Shown piece by piece: positions 56,181 through 64,000 of a DNA stretch of 64,000 bases. This DNA is from a virus. The stretch is taken from positions 27,105 to 91,104 of the IMG/VR virus record IMGVR_UViG_3300046786_000686; one strand, given 5' to 3'. How positions within the stretch are numbered: position 1 is the first letter of the stretch; every line of letters starts with the position of its first letter. The notes beneath the pieces were generated by a model. That model was not told where the DNA came from, did no database searches, and saw only the letters and a program-made list of their open reading frames with translations. A program made the translations under genes and the position numbers.

Positions 56181-56208
56181 TACAAATTAGTAAAACAACA
56201 AAACAACA

Positions 56209-58590
56209 ATGGCTGAAAGAATAGTATCACCAGGTGTTTTCACAAACGAGAAAGACCTCTCGTTTCTACCTGCAGGAATTGCGGCTATCGGAGCTGCTAT
56301 CGTTGGTCCAACAGTAAAAGGACCAGCTTTCGTACCGACAGTGGTAACGTCATTCAATGACTTTATCGCTAAGTTTGGTGGATTAAGCGAAGAAACATAT
56401 GTACCTTATGCAGTTAAGAGCTACTTGAATAGCGCTTCAACTGTTACTGTGGTTCGTGTGTTACAAGACGCATCCTTCAAAGCAAAAATGATTGGTGTGT
56501 ATGCATCAAGTAGTACTTTTAATAAATTGGTTGGTGTTATCATGCCAACTACAACTGTTGGATCAACTAATGGTAAAGACTACTCAGTATCAGTAACTGG
56601 CTCTGCAGCACTACTAACAGCATCTGCAGCATTAACAATCTCAGGATCTGGTATCTCAGCTAATGCACTAACCGTAAATGCAGACCCAACAAGCGCAGAC
56701 TCTTTTGCTAATGTACTAGGTACATCTGTAAAAGGTTCTAAGAATGGGTATATGTATATGTACTTCCCTAACTACATCACATCAGTTAGTAGTACAGCAG
56801 GTGCAAAAGTTGTATATAGCTTGACTGAAGAAGTTAACTTCTCAGGATCATACGCTGGATACAACCACGCTACAACTCCTTGGATTCAATCACAACTTAT
56901 CGGTGGATCAGCTCAGAACTTATTCAAAGTTCACACGCTTGCTGATGGTACAGACACCAACACTTCAATCAAAGTAGCTGTAATCAACACAACAAAACCA
57001 GGTGATGATGCAGGTACAGATTATGGTATCTTTACGTTGGTTGTTCGTGATTTCAACGACACTGACCAACGTCCAGTTATTCTAGAATCTTACAGCGGAT
57101 TGACATTAGATCCAGATTCAGCAAATTACATTGCTCGTGTTATTGGAGATAAGAGCTATAGCGTAAGTGCAGATGGAACGGTAACAGTGACTGGAGACTA
57201 TAATAACGTTTCTAAATACATCCGTATAGAAGTGGATTCAGCGGTAGGTGCTAAATCAATTACACCAAACGTAATGCCATTCGGATACGCTGCAGTACTA
57301 CAACCAGTACCAGTATCTGGATCAAACTTCATGCCAACTGCATCTGTAGTTTCACAAAACACAGAAATCAATGGTGCTTACAACAAGAAAGCATACTACG
57401 GATTTGATTTTGTAAACACAGACAATAACAACTACTTGATGCCATTAGCGTCAGGATCTGTGGCAGGTAACAACGCAGCATTCAACTTAGCAACTTGTAA
57501 AGTTCACGCTAGTGCATCTAAAGTTAACACTAACTCAACTTTCGTTGGAGGTGATACAATCGGAACTGCAAACGCATTCAAAGGATTGGATGTTAGCACA
57601 TTCTTAAAGTTTGTTGCTCCTCTACAAGGTGGTTTTGATGGAATGGATCCAGCAATCACTAAGAAAGTAGGTTCATCAATCGTAGCAAGCAACTTGTTTG
57701 GTATGGATTGTTCAACTTCATCAGCAAACGGATCAAAAGCATATATCAAAGCTCTTAACACAATCGCAAACTCAGACGAGTACGATATCAATATGATTGT
57801 AACACCAGGTGCTACTATCAAAGATCACTCTTCTATTATCAACAAAGCGATTGAAGTAGCAGAAGATCGTGGAGATGCATTCGTAGTAGCTGATCCAGTT
57901 GTACAAGGAAAATCAGCAGCAGAAGCAATGGCAGCTGTATCTGACTCAGGAATTGATTCTAACTACGTAGCTACTTACTGGCCATGGGTTAAGATTGTTG
58001 ATACAGACAAAAACAAACCAGTATGGGTACCACCGAGTGTTGTTGTACCACGTGTAATGGCTTACAATGATTCAGTAGCATACGAATGGTTCGCACCAGC
58101 AGGTCTTAATAGAGGTGGAATCAGCGAAGCAGTAGATGTAGAGTTGAAATTGAATCAAGCTAATCGTAACGACTTGTACGAGAACAAGATCAACGCAATC
58201 GCAAGCTTCCCTAACCAAGGAATCTGCATCTGGGGTCAAAAAACTCTACAAGCTAAACCATCAGCTCTTGATCGTATCAACGTACGTCGATTGATGATCA
58301 CAATGAAGAAATACATTGCAAGTGCTAGCCGTTACTTGGTATTCGAAAATAACACAACAGCTACACGTCAACGTTTCTTGAACATTGTAACTCCATACTT
58401 AGAGACTGTAAAAGCTCGTCAAGGATTGTATGCTTTCAAAGTAGTAATGGATGAAACCAACAACACACCCGATGTAATCGACAGAAACATCATGTATGGT
58501 CAAATCTACCTACAACCAGCAAAAGCAGCAGAATTTATCGTCCTAGACTTTAACATTCTTCCTACTGGAGCAACTTTTGAAAACGCTTAA
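56209..58590 (+). CDS. Tail sheath protein (T4 gp18-like)
   Basis: SPGVFTNEKD, YWPWV, WFAPAGLNRG, WGQKT, DRINVRRL, P.KAAEFI. Confidence 0.96.
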   Translation: MAERIVSPGVFTNEKDLSFLPAGIAAIGAAIVGPTVKGPAFVPTVVTSFNDFIAKFGGLSEETYVPYAVKSYLNSASTVTVVRVLQDASFKAKMIGVYASSSTFNKLVGVIMPTTTVGSTNGKDYSVSVTGSAALLTASAALTISGSGISANALTVNADPTSADSFANVLGTSVKGSKNGYMYMYFPNYITSVSSTAGAKVVYSLTEEVNFSGSYAGYNHATTPWIQSQLIGGSAQNLFKVHTLADGTDTNTSIKVAVINTTKPGDDAGTDYGIFTLVVRDFNDTDQRPVILESYSGLTLDPDSANYIARVIGDKSYSVSADGTVTVTGDYNNVSKYIRIEVDSAVGAKSITPNVMPFGYAAVLQPVPVSGSNFMPTASVVSQNTEINGAYNKKAYYGFDFVNTDNNNYLMPLASGSVAGNNAAFNLATCKVHASASKVNTNSTFVGGDTIGTANAFKGLDVSTFLKFVAPLQGGFDGMDPAITKKVGSSIVASNLFGMDCSTSSANGSKAYIKALNTIANSDEYDINMIVTPGATIKDHSSIINKAIEVAEDRGDAFVVADPVVQGKSAAEAMAAVSDSGIDSNYVATYWPWVKIVDTDKNKPVWVPPSVVVPRVMAYNDSVAYEWFAPAGLNRGGISEAVDVELKLNQANRNDLYENKINAIASFPNQGICIWGQKTLQAKPSALDRINVRRLMITMKKYIASASRYLVFENNTTATRQRFLNIVTPYLETVKARQGLYAFKVVMDETNNTPDVIDRNIMYGQIYLQPAKAAEFIVLDFNILPTGATFENA

Positions 58591-58598
58591 TATTTATA
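58591..58598 (+). promoter_or_regulatory. Putative late promoter TATTTATA
   Basis: Directly after the sheath stop codon, 17 nt before the tube ATG. Confidence 0.7.
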
Positions 58599-58615
58599 CA
58601 AAAGAGTAACGCAAC

Positions 58616-59104
58616 ATGGCAAACCTAATAGAAAATAACGAAATCTTCTACACCCCTTACGAACCTAAGGTGCAGAATAGATTCATCTTACAAGTTGATG
58701 GTATTCCATCATTCTTATGTAAGAAAGTATCTCGCCCACAATTAGAGTGTGGTGAGGTTGTACTAGACCACATCAACATTATCCGTAAAGTAAAAGGAAA
58801 ATGTAAGTGGGGAGATATCACAATCTCAATGTATGACGCAATCGTACCTTCAGGAGCGCAAGCAGTAATGGAGTGGGTTCGTACAGCACACGAATCAGTA
58901 ACTGGTCGTGACGGATATGCTGACTTCTACAAGAAGAATTTCGACATCTTCGTTTTAGGTCCAGTAGGTGATAAAATTGAGAACTGGAAAATCTGGGGAG
59001 CTTACATCAAAACTGCACAATTTGGTGACATGGATTGGTCAAGTGAAACTCCAGTTGAGATTTCTCTAACACTAGGAATTGATTACGCAGTACTTGAGTA
59101 CTAA
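58616..59104 (+). CDS. Tail tube protein (T4 gp19-like)
   Basis: Follows sheath; NRF, KGKCKWGDITI, VMEW, YKK, W..WGAY, DW pattern. Confidence 0.92.
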   Translation: MANLIENNEIFYTPYEPKVQNRFILQVDGIPSFLCKKVSRPQLECGEVVLDHINIIRKVKGKCKWGDITISMYDAIVPSGAQAVMEWVRTAHESVTGRDGYADFYKKNFDIFVLGPVGDKIENWKIWGAYIKTAQFGDMDWSSETPVEISLTLGIDYAVLEY

Positions 59105-59123
59105 TCAAAAAACAAAAATTATC

Positions 59124-59160
59124 AAAAGAAAGCTGACTTAACTGTTGGCTTTCTTTTTTT
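59124..59160 (+). terminator. Intrinsic terminator
   Basis: AAAAGAAAGCTGAC-TTAACT-GTTGGCTTTCTTTTTTT. Confidence 0.85.
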
Positions 59161-59169
59161 ATTTGCGTA

Positions 59170-59177
59170 TATTTATA
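59170..59177 (+). promoter_or_regulatory. Putative late promoter TATTTATA
   Basis: After a terminator, 34 nt before ATG 59212. Confidence 0.7.
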
Positions 59178-59211
59178 GGAGAACCATAGTTACTAAAAAA
59201 AGTTTTATCAA

Positions 59212-60087
59212 ATGTCAAAAGTTGTAAACGACGATTACCCAACAAACAATCGCCAACTATCCGATGAGGATATTAAAGCAAAATTCCTTCAAGATGCAGT
59301 AGATACGGGAGCTGTATCAAATTTCCAAAAACTAGATGTACCAACAGAGGTAATTCCATTACCAAGCAAGGGGTATTTTTATCCGGAAGGACATCCACTA
59401 TCTAGTGGCACTATCGAGATGAAGTACATGACTGCTAAGGAAGAGGATATTCTAGCATCGCAAACATTAATCAAGCAAGGGGTTGTGTTAGACAAATTGT
59501 TGCAATCATTGATTGTAACTAAGATCAACTACAACGACTTACTAACAGTGGATAAGAATGCAGTGTTTATTGCAGCTCGTATTCTGGCTTATGGTAAGGA
59601 TTACGAAGTAGAGATCACTTGTCCAAGTTGTGGTGAAAAATCAACACAAGTAATTGATCTTCAGAACTTTGAAGATAAGGAGATTGATTGGGATCGTTTT
59701 ACTAAAGGTGAGACTACACACAAATACACTTTGCCAATTTCTAAAAAGGAATTGACGTTGAAGTTCTTGACTCATGGTGATGAGAAGAAGATTGAAGAAG
59801 CAATCAAGTCAACTAAGAAGTTGAGCAGATTGACTGGAGTAGATCCAGAACTATCAACTCGCTTAAAGCACATGATTGTTGCTGTTGAGGGTGAAACTGA
59901 TAGAACAGCAATCAGCAAGTTTGTTGATAGCATGCTATCAAGAGATTCCTTAGAACTGCGTAAGTACTTAAAAGAAGTAACACCAGATATCGATACAACC
60001 TTCAGCTACGAATGTCCTAGCTGTGGATATGAGCAAGAAAAGATGGCACTGCCCATCGGTGTCGGGTTTTTTTGGCCTGGGGTCTAA
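59212..60087 (+). CDS. Baseplate hub / tail assembly chaperone (T4 gp26-like)
   Basis: LPSKG, MTAKEEDIL, two CPSCG motifs; lies between tube and tape measure. Confidence 0.8.
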   Translation: MSKVVNDDYPTNNRQLSDEDIKAKFLQDAVDTGAVSNFQKLDVPTEVIPLPSKGYFYPEGHPLSSGTIEMKYMTAKEEDILASQTLIKQGVVLDKLLQSLIVTKINYNDLLTVDKNAVFIAARILAYGKDYEVEITCPSCGEKSTQVIDLQNFEDKEIDWDRFTKGETTHKYTLPISKKELTLKFLTHGDEKKIEEAIKSTKKLSRLTGVDPELSTRLKHMIVAVEGETDRTAISKFVDSMLSRDSLELRKYLKEVTPDIDTTFSYECPSCGYEQEKMALPIGVGFFWPGV

Positions 60088-60280
60088 TTATAGGCCCATT
60101 CTGCAAGACCAGATCTTCGATCTTATGTATTACGGGAAGATGGGATGGACCTATACGGAACTCTATCACCTTCCAGTATATCTGCGGAGATACTTCTATC
60201 TCAAACTCGCGGACATTAAGAAACAAGAGCATGAAGCTGAGAAGGCCGCGTATGACAAAGCCAAATCAGGAAAAAGATAA
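60065..60280 (+). CDS. gp51-like chaperone segment, probably expressed by frameshift from the gp26-like gene
   Basis: IFDLMYYGKMGWTYTELYHLPVYLRRYF resembles gp51/gpT-type chaperones; the frames overlap at GGG TTT TTT TGG. Confidence 0.7.
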   Translation, partial: GFFGLGSNYRPILQDQIFDLMYYGKMGWTYTELYHLPVYLRRYFYLKLADIKKQEHEAEKAAYDKAKSGKR

Positions 60281-60283
60281 ACA

Positions 60284-60312
60284 GAGAGCCAACTTCGGTT
60301 GGCTTTCCTTTT
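60284..60312 (+). terminator. Intrinsic terminator with cUUCGg loop
   Basis: GAGAGCCAAC-TTCG-GTTGGCTTTC then CTTTT. Confidence 0.88.
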
Positions 60313-60319
60313 ATGACGA

Positions 60320-60327
60320 TATTTATA
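60320..60327 (+). promoter_or_regulatory. Putative late promoter TATTTATA
   Basis: After a terminator, 13 nt before ATG 60341. Confidence 0.7.
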
Positions 60328-60340
60328 TGAAAACAGTATA

Positions 60341-60661
60341 ATGGCTAAGAAGAATGTAAAAGAAATGCTTCAAAAGATGATTCGCGAGGAATTGGAGAAT
60401 CATATGATTGAGGAGAGCATTGTGAATTGGCTGCTAGATAAAACTTCTGACTTTGTGAAAGGTCACTTTAATCACGTAGCAGACTACCAGTATGCTAGAT
60501 TAATGCAATCCCCAGATTTTAAGGCTTTACATAAAAAGTTCAATATGAGTGAGAAGGATTTCATGAGCAAAGCTACAAAGTTGATCAAACAAAATCCACA
60601 AAAGTTTGCAGACATTTTAGCATATGATGCAAGCAAATCAAAATACAAGAAGTTTTTCTAA
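60341..60661 (+). CDS. Hypothetical protein with LQKMIREEL leader
   Basis: Follows the promoter motif; precedes the tape measure gene. Confidence 0.7.
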   Translation: MAKKNVKEMLQKMIREELENHMIEESIVNWLLDKTSDFVKGHFNHVADYQYARLMQSPDFKALHKKFNMSEKDFMSKATKLIKQNPQKFADILAYDASKSKYKKFF

Positions 60662-60669
60662 AATAGCTA

Positions 60670-63255
60670 ATGGGTAAACTGAATATTTCACCAGAGGAGT
60701 TTAAGAACCTGACACAAGCGGTTGCTGAAGCAGTTGCGCAGGGTTTTAACCAAGGTTCCAAGAAGTCTAAGGATCTTCTAGGGGCTAATCTGTTGAAACA
60801 AATGAAGGATGACATTAGTGAGATCAATGAAAAGAATAAACAAGATGCATTTGCAGCACAGGTTAGAAACAAAGCGTTAGCTGATGGTGTTTCAACTCGA
60901 GTAGCTGAAATTCAGATACTTGCAAAGCAGCAAATAGCACAAAACAATCTACTACTCTCCACTAACCAACGTCGAACAGCTGAGCTAGGTTTGCTTAAAT
61001 TGCAAGCTATGCAAGCTGGAAATACCGATTTGGCTAAGAGCTACGATGACAAGATTAAGAAATCAAATGACTTTGCAAAAAGCATTATGAAGGAAAATCA
61101 AGAAATTGAGAGTACAAGTAAGCATCTAGCAAAGAAACTTATTCAGCAAGATAAAGAGGCGGCATACGAAGCTAAGCAAGATGCGGTTAAGGAGAAGTTG
61201 CATGAGATAAATAAGAGTTTGAGAGAGCGTGTTGGTATCACTGACGAATTGCTTGATCAATTACGCACACCAGAATTAGCTAAAGCTGTGTTTGCAGAGC
61301 AGACTGCAGAAAAGCTACACGAAGCCTATGAAGGTTTTGAGGCGTTCAAGAAGCAAGGGTTATCAGCAGGTCAGGCAATCCAAGCTCAATTCAAAGGATT
61401 ATCTATAGCAAGTATGATGGGCCTTTCAGACACTAAGGGTGTTATGAATGGTGTTATCGAACAATATGGAAATGTAAACGCTCTTAGTAAAGAGACGGTA
61501 AATGAACTTGGTAAGATGGCTCACCACTTTGGAATAAGTGGAGAAGAGGCTGCTAAGTTGAATGCCACCTTATCACAAATGCCAGGTGAGACTTCAGAAA
61601 CAGCAGCAGGAGCTATGGAGACTGTCGGTCATATGGCTGAAGTGCAGGGTATTGCTCCTGGTAAAATCATGAAAGACATGGCAGCTAACACAGCAGCAGT
61701 GGCTTTGTATGGTGGAAAGGGTGCTAAGGAATTTGGTAAGTCAGCTATTGAGTTGCATAAGATGGGTATCGATATCAGTACTGCAAGCAACATGGCTTCT
61801 AAGTTACTAGACTTTGAAAGTAGTATCAATGCACAGACGGAAGCTTCCGTTCTATTAGGAAAAGAAATTAATTTTGATAAAGCTCGTGAGTTAGCTTTGA
61901 CCGGTGACTTGGCAGGAGCTGCAAAAGAAGTTGTAGCACAAGCGGGTGGTGAAGCTGAGTGGGCAAAAATGAACGTACTCCAGAAACAAAAACTAGCTGA
62001 AGCGGCTGGTATGACTGTTGAGGAGATGCAAAAACAAATCGACGCACAAGCTGAACACAATAAGTATTTTGGTGAAGAGGCTAGTTTGATGGACAACATC
62101 ATAGGCAAAACTCTAGAAATTGGAGGAGGTGTTATCGGCTTCATGAAGGATAATGCAATGTGGATGGCTTCAACAGCACAAATGCTTGGTCAAATGAATT
62201 TAGGTAAGATCAAGCAGTATGCGTTGGATGGTGCACACTGGGTGAAACAAAAGGCTCAGTGGGCAGCAGAGAAAGCTCACTGGTTGTGGATGAAAATGAC
62301 TGGTAAAGGTGGAGGTGCAGAAGCAAGTTCATCAGCACCAAAAGATTCTGGTAAGAGTACGGGTGGATTAACAAAATCAATAGAAAAGATCAATCCAGGA
62401 AAATTACTAGCAGGAGCTGCAGCATTAGTATTAGTAGCAGCAGCTGTGTTTATATTTGCAAAAGCAGCTCAAGAGTTTACTAACGTATCTTGGGGATCAA
62501 TTGCAAAAGCTATAGTTGGTATGTTGGCGCTTGTAGGTGCATTAGCACTCGTAGGAGCTATCATGATGAGTGGTGTTGGAGCTGTGGCAATCTTAGCCGG
62601 AGCAGGAGCAATGCTAATTATGGCAGCTGCATTATGGGTGTTAGGTAAAGCTATCCAAGAGATGGCTAAAGGTTTTGATATGTTTGTTCCAGCATTACTA
62701 GAACTAGCACCAATGGCAATGCAGATTGTTGTGTTAGGAGCAGGTATGGCTTTATTAGGAGCAGGTATGTTAGCATTAGGATACGCATCACTTATAGCTT
62801 TCCCAGGACTAATGTTGAGTAGTATGGCTTTATTAGCGATGTTACCAAGTCTACTAGTGATGAATCAGATTGCACAAGCAGGAGCATTTACACTAATGGG
62901 TGAAGGTTTATTAATGATGGCAGCTGCAGGTCCAGGTTTAGGATTGGTAGCTCTATCAATGATGGGAATTGGAGCAGGCTTGGGAATGGTAGCATTAGCA
63001 GGATTAGCAGCGATGCCGGTAATAGGATCATTGATTGCATTAGCAGCAGTAGCACCAGCATTAGCGGGTCTAGGAACAGCACTTGGCGGAATGTTTGGGG
63101 GTGAAGAAGGTGAGAGTGATGATAAGATGGATACGTTGATTGGTAAGATCGATCAACTAATTGCAGTAGCTTCATCAGGTGGTGAAGTTAAGATGGATGG
63201 TAAGAAGGTTGGTGAAGTAATACGTTTAGGATTAAACACATCAGGAGTTAGATAA
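60670..63255 (+). CDS. Tape measure protein
   Basis: 861 aa, Ala-rich and helical; LLDFESSI..EASVLLGKEINFDKARELAL block; long hydrophobic G/A/L/M C-terminal part; ends V.MDGKKVG. Confidence 0.85.
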   Translation: MGKLNISPEEFKNLTQAVAEAVAQGFNQGSKKSKDLLGANLLKQMKDDISEINEKNKQDAFAAQVRNKALADGVSTRVAEIQILAKQQIAQNNLLLSTNQRRTAELGLLKLQAMQAGNTDLAKSYDDKIKKSNDFAKSIMKENQEIESTSKHLAKKLIQQDKEAAYEAKQDAVKEKLHEINKSLRERVGITDELLDQLRTPELAKAVFAEQTAEKLHEAYEGFEAFKKQGLSAGQAIQAQFKGLSIASMMGLSDTKGVMNGVIEQYGNVNALSKETVNELGKMAHHFGISGEEAAKLNATLSQMPGETSETAAGAMETVGHMAEVQGIAPGKIMKDMAANTAAVALYGGKGAKEFGKSAIELHKMGIDISTASNMASKLLDFESSINAQTEASVLLGKEINFDKARELALTGDLAGAAKEVVAQAGGEAEWAKMNVLQKQKLAEAAGMTVEEMQKQIDAQAEHNKYFGEEASLMDNIIGKTLEIGGGVIGFMKDNAMWMASTAQMLGQMNLGKIKQYALDGAHWVKQKAQWAAEKAHWLWMKMTGKGGGAEASSSAPKDSGKSTGGLTKSIEKINPGKLLAGAAALVLVAAAVFIFAKAAQEFTNVSWGSIAKAIVGMLALVGALALVGAIMMSGVGAVAILAGAGAMLIMAAALWVLGKAIQEMAKGFDMFVPALLELAPMAMQIVVLGAGMALLGAGMLALGYASLIAFPGLMLSSMALLAMLPSLLVMNQIAQAGAFTLMGEGLLMMAAAGPGLGLVALSMMGIGAGLGMVALAGLAAMPVIGSLIALAAVAPALAGLGTALGGMFGGEEGESDDKMDTLIGKIDQLIAVASSGGEVKMDGKKVGEVIRLGLNTSGVR

Positions 63256-64000
63256 TGGCAAAACTATTTAAGACAATAAGCTTAGAGGAACGTTTGAAGG
63301 CAAGCCTTTACAACGAGATGCCTCATCTACCTAAGCCAACAAAAGAGATCGAGGCCATTCAACTCAAATTAACACCCGATGCTAAAAATCTAAACAGCAT
63401 ATTACTAAAACAAACAGCAAAAAGAGTTGGTGCACCAGCATTACCTCTTATAGATTTGTTTAAGACATCACCAATGTCTTCTATAGCGAGACCTTTTGTA
63501 AATACGAAATTTAGATCTGCAATTAACCTATCTGACAGACTAAAGCAAACTAAGCTAGAAACAACAGCTCACCTTGCACAATACTTTCTATCAGATCAAT
63601 ACACAGACTATATTAAGATAACCCCATTTGGTATCTTCAATCATACAAGCACGATACAGATTCAACCAGTAGCTGTGAGTCTAGCTCAAGGAGGATTGGA
63701 TCCAGTGATCCCAACCTTTAATAGTGCTACAGCTCAAGGTTTGATTTATAGCAATGGTACATACAGTTCGTTTATTAACGTATCAGTACCAACATACGAT
63801 TCACTAATATTACAGGGTACATTCTACAGCAATGGTGCTTATGCATCATTCACACAAACAACATTGAGTGTACTACCACAATATATTGCTCAGGGACCTG
63901 GAGTTGATCCAACACCGGCAATATCTCAACAAGCGGTATTCGTATTACAAGGATTAATTCCCGATCAGTCAAACAACTTGACCAGTCCAATCAATCCAGC
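63255..64000 (+). CDS. Hypothetical protein after tape measure, 3'-truncated (absent from the ORF track)
   Basis: TAATG coupling at 63253-63257; MAKLFKTISLEERLK... stays open to the window end. Confidence 0.7.
   Translation, partial: MAKLFKTISLEERLKASLYNEMPHLPKPTKEIEAIQLKLTPDAKNLNSILLKQTAKRVGAPALPLIDLFKTSPMSSIARPFVNTKFRSAINLSDRLKQTKLETTAHLAQYFLSDQYTDYIKITPFGIFNHTSTIQIQPVAVSLAQGGLDPVIPTFNSATAQGLIYSNGTYSSFINVSVPTYDSLILQGTFYSNGAYASFTQTTLSVLPQYIAQGPGVDPTPAISQQAVFVLQGLIPDQSNNLTSPINP

Noticed and set aside
60023-60064. Annotated start MDMSKKRWHCPSV of the gp51-like ORF
   Set aside because: It overlaps the conserved CPSCG end of the upstream gene and reads as off-frame sequence. A frameshift explains the ORF better, though this start is not excluded.
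60072-60341. -1 frame ORF after the T-run as the frameshift product
   Set aside because: GGGTTTT is not in the X_XXY_YYZ phase for the gp26-like frame, the peptide looks non-protein-like, and the ORF runs through the terminator and promoter.
120-63175. All minus-strand ORFs and the short alternative-frame plus-strand ORFs in the track
   Set aside because: They lie within long, motif-bearing plus-strand genes, have atypical composition, and lack promoter or coupling signals. They are treated as shadow ORFs.
1-64000. tRNA genes, introns/inteins, transposases and stop-codon reassignment
   Set aside because: Intergenic gaps are short and explained by other elements. Terminase, portal, capsid and primase are uninterrupted and of ordinary length. 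Genes read full-length in the standard code, and TAG and TGA both act as stops.

Overview
The window is the virion-morphogenesis region of a large T4-like (contractile-tailed) phage. All credible genes are on the + strand, densely packed and often coupled by TAATG or ATGA overlaps. Gene order: baseplate and baseplate-associated proteins (gp25-like, gp6-like, Ig/lectin-like, LamG); a DNA-processing island (T7 endonuclease I-like resolvase, primase, fused Mre11-Rad50); putative internal-head and lysis genes; terminase, portal, prohead protease, scaffold and major capsid; PhoH; neck and tail terminator; fibres; sheath; tube; gp26/gp51-like chaperones; tape measure. A TTTG-N19-TAnnTTTG promoter, a Gln(+1) signal peptide and the general lack of Shine-Dalgarno sites point to a Bacteroidota host (inference). 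Main signals found by reading the sequence: (1) a 20-copy sense-strand TATTTAT(A/T) putative late promoter; (2) a probable +1/-2 programmed frameshift joining the gp26-like and gp51-like ORFs; (3) a family of putative head-packaged proteins and polyproteins with prohead-protease-type (I/L)-x-E sites, including a nucleotidyltransferase + ligase-like polyprotein; (4) strong enrichment of an [S/T]-[G/A/S]-S tripeptide in exposed virion proteins; (5) two structured 5' leaders; (6) a lipoprotein-free spanin-like pair. All family assignments come from motif recognition by eye, not from database searches.
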